64,000 bases of DNA, from the NCBI RefSeq assembly GCF_000181795.1, contig NW_003526943.1:9160849-9224848 (forward strand). Reading direction: 5' to 3'. Of this stretch, positions 26,090-40,682 are shown piece after piece (within the stretch, counting starts at the first letter, position 1; every line of letters begins with the position of its first letter). Source of the DNA: Trichinella spiralis (Eukaryota). The translations under genes and the position numbers were made by a program. The notes beneath the pieces are model-generated. The model was not told the DNA's origin, made no database searches, and worked only from the letters and a program-made list of their open reading frames with translations.

Positions 26090-29000
26090 TTACGAATAAA
26101 ATGTTAAAACAGAATCTTGATTTCCTCTGAGCAGCAGAGTTGGAGGCAAATCTCTGCATAAAAGTTCCAACCACGACAAATAGACGCTTGCAGATACGAA
26201 ATTCTTTCTTGGAACCGGCACAGTGACAATAACCAAATTTGAATTTCTCGAATACTGCAAAAGTAGATCACGTGCTTTTAAAATTTGACTTGTCTAAATG
26301 GAAGAGAATTTTCACATCATTTTTTAATTAATTTGTTCTTCATTTGCTGTCTGTCACCTTTCCTCTTAACGCCTCCAGTTCCTTTTCATCGACCATCACT
26401 ACCATTTCGGGATCATCCGGTTTGTATATTTCTCGGCTTTGAACTTTAAATTTACCGATCAGCTCATTGAATAGAGCTAACGTAGCTTCACTTGTTTGAA
26501 TTTGACTTTCTGGGAAAATTGTCACATCGCTGAAATCGATTCTCAATTTGCTCAACAAAAGTGCCATTCTAGGTAAAAAAGAAATTATTTCCGCTTTTAT
26601 ATGCTTTGTAGAAGAATTAATGTTCGGTTTACTTTTTTTGTTCTTCTTCGCATTCTTCAAAGTTTTGACTTATTGTAAATACACGCACTTTGGCGCATTC
26701 CAAATAGCCTGCTTGAGTCAGAAGATGCGGTATTAGAACGGTCAGACCTAAAAATGAAAAAATATACATATATTTTTGCTTTTCCCTACTGCAAATGAAT
26801 TAACCTCCGTCATCATAAAGCCACCAGACGTCGATGACAGCTTTTTTAATTCGTTTTCGAAAATTGTCGATCGGTTCTTGAGAGCAAGAAGATTTGTGTC
26901 GTGATTTCAACAAGAAATTTTTAATTTTTTCAAATCTTGAGCTCAACGGTCGATCATTTTCCTCGTCTCCATCGTCGAACACCAAATCGTCCAATGCTTC
27001 TGCATCTTGTTTTTCGTGAAAATAGCTGGACAAATTTGGCGATTCGCCAATCTTCTCCTCCTTGCACAATTCCAATTTTAATTTCTCCGACGATGTGCAA
27101 TTGTTATCCTTGAAACAATTTAACTTGCAATGTTTTGCTGTGTTTTGCTTCTGTTCATTTGAATAAAAATTTCAAAACATTCAAAATTTATATCAGTAAT
27201 ATCTTACGTAATTCTTGAAACTTATTTTTTTAAGGGCATACTGTAAATTCGAAAAAAATATATATAATAAAGTAGGAAACTTACGGTATTGGCTTGCAGG
27301 TTCATCGATTTGATATCTGCATTTGAACTTTCACTACCATTCTAAAAAGAAGTCAACTTTTGGTAAATTTTCAGTTTGAAGCGAGGAGGTTATTTAAGCA
27401 ATTTAAATAGTAAACGTATTTCAATATTCAAATGATTGAAGGAAAGTATTTCATGTTGTGCAATTTTAAATAATTTTACAATAAAGTAGAATAATGCTGA
27501 AATAGCTTCAAAAATTAAATTCGTATCAAATAAATTTTAAATAAATGATTATTTTTCAATTAAATTTTTCCTAAGAAAAGAAAATTGAAGAGTAATGATA
27601 ATGTAATAGTTGAAAGTACTAAATGGAATCAATATTGTCGCAATGAATTTTCAGAAATGGAAAATAGCTTTTAAGGACAAGAAAAGATGATAATTTAAAC
27701 GACACAGTTACCTGTGAATTAAATTTAGCATTATCATGTCTAATGGATTCTCTTTCTATTCTTGAATGATGGACCGGAAAATTGTCGTTCGTCATCGACA
27801 ATGTATCAACACTCCCAATCGATATAGTAGTCATAGAGTTTCCTCTCGGCAAGCGATTTGTTACACAAATCTGAGACTGTTCGACACCACCGTCAAGTGG
27901 GTTCTGCTTTTCTTCCGTCGTCAATGCACTATGCAAATGTACAATTCCTACAGCTTTGTGGAAATCAAATCCATAACTGAAAAATATAATTATATTAGAT
28001 GGAAGATAATTTAGTTGGTTTTTTTCTCTATTTGTCATATTCAAGCATTACTGAATTAGTCGAAAATATTCACGAATAGCCGCAGTGTCCATTTGGTACC
28101 AATTTTTCTTGTATCCCATCATCATTATGTTCGGATTCAATTTGCCCATACCGCAGAGTTGAAGCAATGCCAAAACGCCGTCATCCAATTTCGGACAAAT
28201 GTAACTGTAATAAAACGCTCGAATGCGACGTTGCTTCAACCAACGAATAACTAATCCTGGTAATTGTTGACGTGCTTGCAAAGCTTTCAAATGCAAATCA
28301 GACTATGAAAAAATTTCAGAACAATTTCAGAATAAACAAGAAACAGTATTTTTTCAACTTTATAATATGTAATGCAAAAAAAAGCAAACAAACAAAATAA
28401 TTACTTGAATCACATGTCCACAAAGTAGTACGCCTTGATTTTTTGTGATGTTGTACACAAAATCGACCAGTGCTGATCGCTTTTTTGGATTTCCAGTTAA
28501 AAGCAATATTATCGGTCTGTATGTTTTCACGTGATCTTGGGTGCTTTGCAATTTCAGCATGTTGTGCACTGTGTTTCGATATAAGTTTGCTTGCATGCTA
28601 TCACCCCAGTTTACATCTGAAATGCTTCAAGTTTTAGCAGTTGAAAATAATCAGTGAAATTCTTTTTATGTGCATCATTTTACCAGGTTTGCGTCGAACA
28701 AGGTATACGTAAAGCAGCATTATAAAGATCAGCGTAATTAGCGCGTTCCACCAGCTAATAAAAAACATCAATACTATACAGATGATTGCTCCTAACAACG
28801 AAAGCCACATGTTATAGAATTTGAATGCCGGCCTGAAGCCGGGAGATTTGGCAAATGAAGCATCGAAACAAGCATAGTTAATTAGAGCATATGATGCCAT
28901 GAAAAAATTGGAAATTAATGGCGCAATTTCGTTAATTTCTCCAATTGCCAGAATGCCAACAGTGATAGCAAAGGTTAACAAGTAACCTCGTATTGGTTCA

Positions 29001-30918
29001 TCGTTCTTTTTGCTACCTTTTCCAAAAACCCCAATGTAGGGAAATATTTTATCACGAGCTACTGCCTTGAAAAAAAACAATCAAAACGAAAGTGTTAACA
29101 GTATCACTGTGAAAATGATTATGAAGCATACCTGAAGGCACTTTGGCGCCGACACAGTGGACGCCAACGCTGAACTGAGCGTGGATGCAAAAACTCCAGC
29201 AGTAATTAGAGGTACCCATGCCCCTTCAATTTCTACAATCTAAATTAAATTTTGTTTTCAATCAGCAATCTATTAAAAATAATAATTGTAATTACATGAA
29301 AATAATTATGCAAACCGTAAAGGCATGTGTTGTTTGCTGCACAGGCAGTAATTGTGCCATTCACAAGATCAGAAACAGAACCAGATGCATCTCTTAAACA
29401 TAAACTTATTATACTTTAATTTTAATATTTTATACATTTAAATTTAATATTGATTTATACATTTAAAACCTAACGTGTAAATAAGTATACATATACGTAT
29501 GCAATTGTGTGTAATGACAGAAATTCACTTTCTGAAATATTACCGTATGCAAGTAATGCCGGTCAACCAAAGTACTGCCATGTACAATACTGATGTAATG
29601 GATACTCCAAGAATTGTTCCTTTTGGAATTGCCTTTTCTGGCTCATCTAAATCACCTGAAATATTTGCTCCGGCCAAAAATCCTGTAGCGGCGGGAAAAT
29701 AAACAGCAAGAACTGTGAAAAATGTCTCCCCACGCCAGTCAGGATAAAAGTTTTCTTTCATTGTTTCAAAACTGTATCCAGTGATGCCTTTTGCTCTTTG
29801 CAATGCTGTAGGAGTTAAAAATGTTCCAATCAAATAATTAATCAAGGAGACTATCAAAATGACCATTAAAGCAATTTGAGCTTTAGATTCAAAATTCAGA
29901 CCAGCCGAGACAATGCCCAGTAGCAGCACAGCTGTTATCCAACCGATAACGCGAATGTCATTTATTGCTCCATCAATGATTGATGCATTGTATCCCTGAA
30001 TAAATTCTTTGAAATTTAGTTTAAAATTAAAAAATAACATAATAACAAGAAAGAAACTTACCTTCATTAAGTCTATAACAGTATCAGCAAAACCAGCTAA
30101 ATACACGGCTGCGGAAACGGCATTTGCCACAGCAAAAATAATTCCAATACTTCCACCAAATTCAGGACCAAGCGATCGAGAAATGATGAAATAAGTTCCA
30201 CCTAACGAAAGATTAAAATAATTTAAAAAGAAGCTGAATCATTAGCTTGCCTATGTAAACCTGCACGAACTTTGCCATTGGTGCATATGGCACTCATGGA
30301 TAGCGCCGTGAGGAAAACAACCGCTGAACTGAGCAACAAAATTAAACTTCCAAATCCAAGTCCAGCTTGGGCAACCACCCAGCTAATTCGCAGATAAAGC
30401 ATAACGCCGATGATGTTCAAAACACATCTCATCTAAAAATCGGGTAAATTTTTTTTCAAATCAGTCGAAATACTCAACCAGTAAAACTAACTGACCAAAA
30501 CTCCTTCAATCCAACCCAATTTTCTAGGCTCCTTATATTCCGCATTGGGCTTGCATTTGGATGAATCAGGTGGGTCATGAATTTCCGCCGTTTGCGCTAC
30601 GTAATGAAGATCTTTTAAGCTTGGTCGTCTTGGAATGACGAGCCGCTTGATGGACAACGCATTTCTGTAATGATCAAATTGTGGCTCTTTTTCCAAATTG
30701 ATATATACGTTATTTTCATCCAATTTGGCTGAATGAGCACAACTGGCTGATTCCTTTTCTTCATTTTCAACTTTAAACCGAACTCTTAAATTCTGCACTA
30801 AATCGTCGCCCCGTTTTGCAGTTTGCAACGTTTCAGAAACTGCGGAAGGTTCTACCACTGCTGTATCCTCCTTCTTGGCTTCTTCAGTAACTTTGTTATC
30901 CAAATTCTGCTCAGACAT
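26090..30918 (-). CDS. SLC12 cation-chloride cotransporter, NKCC/NCC subfamily, multi-exon
   Basis: [95 protein letters not shown]-term [15 protein letters not shown]. Further 5' exons are possible. Confidence 0.93.
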
Positions 30919-33621
30919 ATTTTTCTGAAATATGAAAATAAAATTACATGCCAAAGTTTTGTGTTGTAAAATTTATGAAAAATGTTTTTTTGAATAGTTT
31001 AAATGAAAACTGAAAGCCTATGTATAATGTACAAGCACATTTCGAGCGGAGTTTACGAAATCGATTGGCACGAATTATTGTTAAGTTGAAATGTTGTAGC
31101 GACAAATTAGTGATCACGTGATTCTTCGCTTGTCCAATTTTAGAGTAAAGCTTGGATAGCTAATTACTATTGTTAAGAAGCTAATTTAATGGCTCTTGCA
31201 AAATTACCAGAAAATTATTGAAAATAATGATAATAACACAAATAGCAATAATAGCAATAATAATAGCAATATGATTTTTCTCCATTGTAATTAAATTAGT
31301 TTTTTAAACGTTCATTCATTATTTAAATGTAATTTTCATTTAAGCTTGAGCGTGTGAATGAAACTACACTATTTGTAGTTCTTGACAAATCTGCGTTATT
31401 TAATTTAATTTTTTGTGAAATAAATTTTTATATTTTCTGCAGTTTATTATAACTCATTTTCAAAACACTTATATTAATGCATATTTCAAAAATAGAAAAA
31501 ACAAAGACATAAAGCGGTTCATTTAAACATATAACAATTACTCATGGGATATCAGTACTGTTTGCAATCAATCAACCAATCAATACAAATGGGAAATACA
31601 TAAATTGTTTATAAAGTGTCATTACTGAATTCAAAAAAGATAAATATTACTTATAATTGAATGAATGAAAAGTACGGAATTATTTAATTGAAAAACAAAA
31701 AAACATCTGAGAGTTTTATTGTATTCATGTAGAATAAAAATTATTTTTTACAGTAAACCATTTGTTGTTTCATTTATTTGCATTCTAATTTTGAATGTAC
31801 AACTTTGAACAAGTTCTTTCAAATGATGACACGCCCATAGATCACTGCTAGCAGAACTGCTGCATCGAAAATGACAAATAAGTTTGATAAACTGAAATTG
31901 TTCCTTTTTTATAGTAAACTGTTGAATTATACACGATTTTATACTTTGGCTTATTTTAATTTTTATTAAATAGTTGTTCAAGATGTTTTCTTCAAAAGCA
32001 AATTAACATTAAAATGTACCTTTGCAACATCAATTAGAAACGGCAAAAAGCACAAGCATTTATATTCAACAACCATAAACTATTATACACAATGCTGCAT
32101 ATAAGAAGCAGAAGAAAAAATTACTTACAACAAATAATTATTTGAAAAGCAAAAGTGCATTTAGTGTAATTTTATGGCAAATATAAAACTGAACATAACA
32201 ACATGATATGATATTAAAGTATGTGAAATTAAACTTGAATTTACCTTTTAATTGTGTCTTCGTATGTTTCAATAAGTTTTCTTGATTTTCAAAATGTTAA
32301 TGTTCAAATGGCAATTAGGATTAACATGCGTCAGTTTATTCAACTTCAGATAAGCAGAATGCATACTTTTTCCAAATTCTTAAAATTGCATTTCAACAAC
32401 TGAGCAAAAAATCTCATTATCTGAAATATTATATAGCATGTTTATTAATTTTTATAAATGAAATTTTAAGAAAAATAAAAAAAATCTACGCTGATCGTTA
32501 AAATTGTGTACTATTTAAATGAAATTCAAGTATAAGATTAATTATACAACTGATTTTCCCAAATGATTCAACTGATAACGTTTTCCCATTGATGAATGAA
32601 AATTCAAATTTTGAAAATGTTCATTGATTATTTACATCGATGACTTTGAAACAACAAATAAAAAAATTAATATGCTGTTAAACGTGTTTTGTAAGTAAAT
32701 AATTAATTATATTTCAAAATGACAGTGATTTTTATAATTAAAATGAATAACAACAGAATAAAAAATTGCTGTGCACATATTTTAAACATCGGAGGAAGTT
32801 GAATTCGTAAAAACATATCGGAGCAATGCCTGTTTCCATTGCATGATTTCTGTTTAATCTCAGCGGGTGGAAAATTTTCAACTTGTTGATCAAATTAGCA
32901 TAATCTGCTTTGATTCAACTGACAATAAATTATTTCGCTTGTTCTGATCTGATAGCACTGTTTGGCTCCAATAAACAAGTGACAGACAGCTAAAATGCAG
33001 TTGTTCATTGAGCGTTGGAGACGATTGGGTTTGCCAACTAGGTCAATTTTATCTTTTATTACATACACTACTGCTTGACCACTTGAGAAAGATTTCTCAC
33101 ACATGCATTTGTTATATGCATTTGAAATGAGCGGAAATATTGAAAAATTGATAATCTTACCAATAAACAAAATGTTTATTTTTTTTTCTCCGAATGATTT
33201 AATAAGTTGCAGTTGCAAAAGCGATGCAGTCATTTCATTCTACTTGTTCCGAACAAGCGGCTTATCACATTCAATTGTATAAACGATACCATTACACCAG
33301 TGATTCGGATGTGAAATTTTCTTTCTCAGTTCTTGACCAATCAATGAATGAGCTTTTATAAAAATCGAATTTCAAAAGATAACAATCGTTCTTCATTCAC
33401 TGCTCATTTTCAGTCAATCAGTTAATCCAGTGAATTAATAACAGCTCTTTTCTGATCATAGATACAACACCAACAACAGCTGCATTTTAAAGTTATGTCT
33501 TCCTGTTGCATCATAATACAAGCATATTATGATAAAACAAGCAAATCAAGAATTTCAATCACATCAATTTCAATGTATAATTATGAAAACGAAATATTAA
33601 GAGCTGTATTTTTAGAAGCAT

Positions 33622-33672
33622 CCAGCAGCAGTAGCAGCAGTAGCAGCAGCAGCAACAGCAGTAGCAACAACA
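33622..33672. repeat. (CAG/TAG/CAA)n trinucleotide microsatellite
   Basis: cagcagcagtagcagcagtagcagcagcagcaacagcagtagcaacaac, seen directly. Confidence 0.8.
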
Positions 33673-36600
33673 TCATGAACAACAGCTGAGAATAGCAAAG
33701 CTAGTGTATATTGATTGCTGAGATTCAGCTGAAAACACTCGAAGTGAAAAAACCTCTAAAACTATGCCTCTTTTTCAAATTGCTTGTTTGTTCATCTTTA
33801 CTATTTTACATTAAAATTCACATTAACCAAAACAGTAAAAATTTCTTTTTAATGTAAAGTTGTTTCTGAATTTCTGAACAAATTATCAAGCAACCAAATG
33901 ATAATTATTCAATTATCTGTATGCATTGTTGTTCATTTTAATTTTTAAATTTACAATATTATAATTTAAAAAACTCAAATATGCAAATAAGCACCAAGTT
34001 GAATGCATGCATGCAAAATAAAAACTTGCAATGATGAATAATTATACTTACAGAAATTATTTAATGTGATAAAAATTGAAGTGAGCTTGATATTTTTTAA
34101 TGCAAACTTCGTAATGTGATATATTGATATTACAGCAGAATGCACTAAGTACGACAAACTGCTTTTTGCTAAGCAAAATGCACATGGTCTAATTTATCAT
34201 CCGTTCAAGTGAGAAAAAATTCTGATTTTCCAACCAGTTTTGCATATGATCACAATATACACACATCGATGACATGCATACACATACGCACACGCACAGA
34301 CATACACACACACATCGCTGTAACAGGAATATTGAAATTTAGATAACTGTAGTCCGATAAAAGACTTGATGTTCATGTTGAACAATAATTCATTTGATCG
34401 ATATTAATCATATTTACAATTGTTTATGGCATTTATGATGAAACTTTTTCCATTTTACTTTCTATTAATAATTCAAGTGATCAATTGCAAAACTTGTTCA
34501 TTATGCAAAACTATATTGCCAATTGTATTCTTCTATAACCGTTTCCCTCGTTTGGTAGGCTGAGTAAAGACAATAAGCTCAAAATTGCTCGAATAAGCTC
34601 TGTCTTGTTTTATTGTCACTTTTTATCACATAAAAATGAAATATACCATTCAAAATTGACAATAATATGAAATATTACAGAAAGCAGCAGCAATAATGAC
34701 AACAAGTTGAATGAATTGTTCAATAATTATTCCCTGTTGACCATCCTCTGGCATGGATGAAATTCGTTGATATTTTATCATTATCCCTCTACAAAACTAA
34801 AAATATCTTTGCTCTAGCATAATGTATTGTAGAAAAAAAGAATATTAACAAAAATTTATCATGTCAGCTTAATTAGGACAGTGCCAGAATTGACAACAAT
34901 ATTTTTGACTGATCAAATCCGTTGTATACAAATCAAATTTACATGTCAATCAACATGTCATATGCGGACAGCGTTGGGCCGGGAACAGTTTTCATATAAT
35001 TTAATACTGTCTTACGGAACTATATTTTACATTAATATTGTCAACTGATCAATCGATAAAATTATTCATCCACTCACATGATCGTACAGCAAACCTTGCG
35101 CATTGATGTCCTATTAATATTTTTGGCGAACTAATTTTAGAAGTTTATTCTAACTATAAGTCAATAAATTAATAGTAAATGCATTGCAAATGTTACATGA
35201 AACTTGTGTATTTTATTTATTTAAAATTTGCTTTCATTCACATTTTAATGTATATATCAAGAATAAAATCAAAGTAGAAACTTGTTCAATTTACGATTTG
35301 TTTTTCTTTTGCATATCTTTTCATTCAAATGAGAAGAAATAAAATGGCAGTATTAATTTATAATTCACCAATTAATCATCAGTCTGATCAATTAAACAAT
35401 TTTTTTGTTCACATTCAACTCAATTCTGAAAAATTTTAAAGTTATTTTATTGTTTGAAGCTTCCATGCTTGCGAAAAAATGAAAAGCAAGGAACTTGAAC
35501 TTGGCAGCAACATCATTCATTTATAATATTTTACGTTTTTATTTAAAAAAATTGAAACATACATTTTATTTCAAATTGGAAATAATGAATGAAAAATTGA
35601 TTTCATGATGACACAGACAAAAATGAAAATTATTAATTATTCTATGTAATGTATATGCATGTTATATAATATGCGAAAACAATCCAACTTTTTTTCTTAA
35701 TAAACTTAATCTCACCTAGAAGTAAAATATTACATTTACAATTTGAATGCTGCGAACAATGATACTGCTGCAAACATGATAACTGATCTTACCATAATAT
35801 TAATATTAGCATTCGATATTGTGCGGTTTCGTGAACAATGACACTTGAAATACTCGTGATTCCGCTTACGAAGCAAATTAAAAGAGGTTTTATTTTTCAT
35901 TTAACAATCCGATCATATTGCTAAATGCTATTTTATTTGTCATGTTTATATTTATTACTACATTAAACACATTTCATTTGAATTTAATAAGCAAAATACT
36001 GAAAATTCGTAACACAAGTAATAAGTAGATTGCTTGCCAATTGCTTTTGATTTTCCAGCTGATGAAAACCATCATTCACTGCTTTGGATTTATTTTAAAT
36101 TTAAAAATAGATAAAATGAAAAGTTTAATTAATGAATGATTTTGATGTGTTCATTGATCAGAGGAACAATTTCCACGTCTTATTTTGATTGCTTTTTACT
36201 AGGTTTTTGTAGGTTTTTGTTTCATAAACTCATCAATGTATTATTAACAAATCATTCTTTTCTTTAAAATATACCATTTAAAATATTTAATTGTTTTTAT
36301 TTAATATTTAATTTTATATAGGTGTACATTTTATAAATTAAAAATTTATTTCACTATCATTTCGCTGCATAAAAAGACTAATACAACAATATTACTGTCA
36401 TTTTTACTGCTTTTGAGATCAATGTGCTGCAAGTAATGCCATAGCTTTTTATGTTTAAAAATCATTTTTCGGCATGTACTCTCTGAAAGTTATACAAATT
36501 ATATGCTACTGTAGAAGAGTATTATAAGAAGTAATTGCTTAGATTTTATTTATTTATGCAAAATCAAACAATATTCGACACTGTGATTTGAATTGGACTC

Positions 36601-39600
36601 GATGGTAATTCAGCTTGAAAGAAGATATGAAACATAAGAAGATGGAATATGCTTGCTTGTTTTGACAAACTAATCGTAATAGAACAGAATAGAACAGATT
36701 AACAAATGCATGGAAATGAACCCTGCAAATAAATAATTCAACGCTTCATTGAAAAAAATACCAAATTATAATTTATGCATTAAAAGTCTGAAAATTCAGG
36801 CAGTTGAAGCATAGTGTCCTCAGTATACATAACCAAAAACAGTCAACAAATAACAGTAGCTGAAAAAAATGATTCAACAATGTGACAGCAGACATTATAC
36901 AATAATTCAATTTTGGTGATGAATAACTACTGTAATAAATGATTCAGTTTTATACCAGTTATGGCATTCCAAAAACCATTTATTTTTCATTTTTCAAACC
37001 TTTCAAAAAATATGAAAAAAATAATCACATTAATTAATTACATGTGTAGTTATTAATGTTATTTCACTGTTTACATCTTATTTGCATGAATTTTCAAATC
37101 TTTTTTAAATCATTGATAGTCAATTAATAAATTGTACATTTTAAACAAATAAATAAATGTGAACAAATAAAAAATTACTTTTTTAATACGAACACGCAAC
37201 AGTTTCATTATTTTTATTTGTAAGGAAGAATACAAAAAATTCTCTACTGAAAATATTACAACGATCATATTCATTGTACAGTTTGTTGATTTTTACACCA
37301 ACAATTTGAGAGGATCAGTTCAATTTGTTTTTAAATTATAAAAAATTGTTTTCGAAATTTTAAATCGACATCATCACACAAATGCATAGAAAAGTGTAAT
37401 GGAATCGATCTTTTTCAAAAAAAATGCAGCAATTTTTAAAAATCTGCTTTCTCCGCTTGTTTATACTTTGTACAAAAAAAAGATTTATTCCAGTTATAAA
37501 TTTTCGTTTAATTTTACAATTTTGAATAGTTTTTCTCAGATTCAGCTACTCCGTGTTCAGCTTATTCCTTAATCTTCAGTTTTCAGACCGATGCTCAGAG
37601 CTCTCAGCTCTGCTTCATCGGCAGATCGTTAATAGAAATCAATTTCCAAAAGCAATTTACTCGATCACTTTAGCATTGATTGATCATTTGACTGGCCAAT
37701 GAAAAATTAGTATTATTCACTAATAACTAAGATGCTCTTATCAAGATATTGTATGAAACTTCAATGAATGTTTATTCATTTTCTTCTTAAATTTTCACTT
37801 ATTATTTTTTTTATCAAATATCTGTTGCATTTAGTAATTAATAACTTTTCAGTTTTAGTTCTACTATATTTAAATACACATAGGTGTTAATGTTTACTGT
37901 AATGAACCGTACGTGATTTAGAAGTCTGTTTACTTGATTCACTGCTTGTTATTTGACAAAATGCTCAATCGTTTCTGAAATATACTCATCAGTGCAACTT
38001 TTAACATTGGTGCAGTAGTTTCTATTATTTCTATGCATTATGGGTAGTAATATTTTTTGATAAAGTTTCGAGTTGATAACTCGCGGTAAGTGCATCATTT
38101 TCGTATTTGAAATAAATTTAATTGTAGTAATCAAAGGCTGCATTTTTTAAATTAAAAAACGAACTTTGTTTGTTTTCTTCGATGAACGTTTTTTTCGTTT
38201 TGTAAAGAGTGTAAACTGGAACATGTTGGTTCGTTTATTCCGTTTATTTTTTTTGAGTTTTTTGAATCTTGATAATTGATGCTTTATCGAAGAATGTATA
38301 GTTTAATTGTTTGTATGTCGTGAATGTTGCGGTAGAAGTTTCGTTTTTATAAAAAATAATGATTATATCAATGTACAGATCATTTTCAACAGAAATTCCA
38401 ACAAAAAAAATATTGATAAAGGGTAAAATATTTTCAAGTGATAAAAAGTGGGATTTAAAAGTTCCAACTGTATTTTTTCAGTTTTCAAAATAGAGAATTA
38501 GGGCGAATCGTAGAGAAACAAATGATCGTGAATTGCAGTGTTTCGTTTTTCAATACGGCTAACGTAGATTTTTTTCAAAGTGTGATCGTTTTCCCTAATT
38601 TAATGCGCTCAAACTTTGGCAAGTAGAAGTAGCGCTACTCTGCAAGCATCCAGTAGCTTGTAGGAATAATTATAGCTTTGAAAATAAATTCTACTGACAA
38701 TTTTAATTGCTAAATTACAAACTTTTTAGCTGAGCAATTTACAACGAAATATTATTTTGAAGTTACATCTGGGTTTTGTGGTCGCCAGTTTTTCGTTGTT
38801 AGTTTTAACTTTACCAGATTGATTTCAGATCTGCACTACATTTATTTTCTTCACTAATTTCAGAAGCTTACTTAATTAAATTAAATCACATTCTTTCATT
38901 TAGCTAAGTATGTAGCTGTTGCTTAGTGAATAGGCTTGCATGATCTGCTCAAATTGTGATATTGTTCAAAGTTTTGTTGTCAGTTGATAATTTTTATTAA
39001 CTAAAGTGAAGTCAGTTTCAGTCTCTGCTGAGACAAATTTTGTGCTCGAATGACTATAAAAGATTGTTCGACATATATTAATATCATTTTATTGATTAAT
39101 TTTTAAAGGGATCAGGTTTGAATTTAGATAACAATATTATAACTTTGATTTTATTGTGCAAAATGAAATTCAGCTTTCTGATTTGATTATTTACATTTAT
39201 ATGTTTAACTTGTCTTGTCCAGTTTGCTCAACTGGGATTTATTTCAATTTTGTCGAATTTATTGAAATAAATCTGTAATGCTTTCAGTATTGTTGTTTAC
39301 TTTTATGTCATTCGTGAATTTGAAAATAGTCATGCAATATATATGACTTATATGGGTGGCAGCTGTAGTGTGTAAGATTTTGGTGGAAATGTTTCAGTGT
39401 AGTCGGATGGCTGTCTGTGTATTATGTAAAATATTTGCTTAATGCCGTAATTCAGTTTAAAAACGTTTGTTTGTTGCGTTACTTTTATTTATATATTTCC
39501 AGAAACTTTAAATGTAACTTTTGTTCATTTTTAAGCTCTGGATTGTTTTGCTGTTTCATCTGCTCATCTTGTTTCGACTTTCCGAGAAAAAATCCAAAAA

Positions 39601-40682
39601 CTGCCAAAAATTTTTATTGTTGTTAATGTAAGTATATAACGTTGCTGTTGTTGTTTTCTTAAAATCAGTATGCAGTTGAATTAAAGGAATTCCTTTTCTA
39701 TGCAAAATTACACGATATTTCATTATTTATTGATGAAGCTAAACAAGCTTGAATGTTCAATTGACGTTACTGTTATGCAAAAGTAAGGATAAATTAATAA
39801 ATTAAAACATAGCGTGCATGCACGTAGAACATATTGATGATTTCACTTTCAATGAATTGAAATTGAATTAAAATATCAATAACGTGTAATTTATGATTTT
39901 TGTTTAAATTGAAAATTTAAGAATTGCCTCACGACATCGTAATCGATTATTCTTCATTCATTTGATTGTCCAAGTGTTTGCTGGTAATAAATTTTTTTTC
40001 GTGTATTGTTTTTCATTGAAGCAGAAAATAATCCAGTGTTGTGTTAAACTTTTTTCCATTTTACGAAAAATTATTACTATTATTGTTGTTGTTGTTGTTG
40101 TTGTTATTCTTTTCATCACAAAACAAACAGCTAACGGTTGATTCGTCAACCGATTGTCAACAATGCTTGTTTTTGGCCCATGCTCTGCTTACGTGACCCA
40201 GTTTTGCGTTGTAGAAGCGGTAGGTAGGTAGAGATAGATGCACAAGCTTAATGGTGCGCAAGGTGATTTTGTAGAACTGTATGTTTGTTGTTCATATTTA
40301 AAAGTCTGATTCATTTTCAATTGCATTTATTATAATTTAATTCAATTTTCAATTTATCACTGCTACACGAAAGGTAAATGTTTTTTCTGTTATTGTTGTT
40401 GAATAGTACTGTAATGAACGAAGGTTCGAATGCTTTCTTTTTGTTTTGTTTTTGTTTTTTTCGTTTTTGGTATCGGTTGTACAATATTCGTCTATGTTAG
40501 CGAATGAATGGCTGAATTGGTTGATTTGAATGCCGTGCGGCGGAGCGAGGCAGTTAGTTGAATTTCCACTGGAACAGAAACAACCAACTTTTGTGCTTTA
40601 TTTTATTTTATTCGAGTAAATTGGTTTTTTTTCATTATGCAAATTTATATTTTTTGTTTCGTAGGTTGTTGTTGTTTTGAAA

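Noticed and set aside
34960..35025. miR-8/miR-200/miR-236-like seed TAATACTGTC pairing with upstream GACAGCGTTGG
   Set aside because: The match stops after 10 nt, the rest of the arm neither matches the family nor pairs, and the loop is large. Likely chance.
38496..38600. Possible ~100-bp MITE bounded by AATTAGGG...CCCTAATT
   Set aside because: Only 8 bp are perfectly inverted, there is no clear TSD, and there is no second copy in the window.
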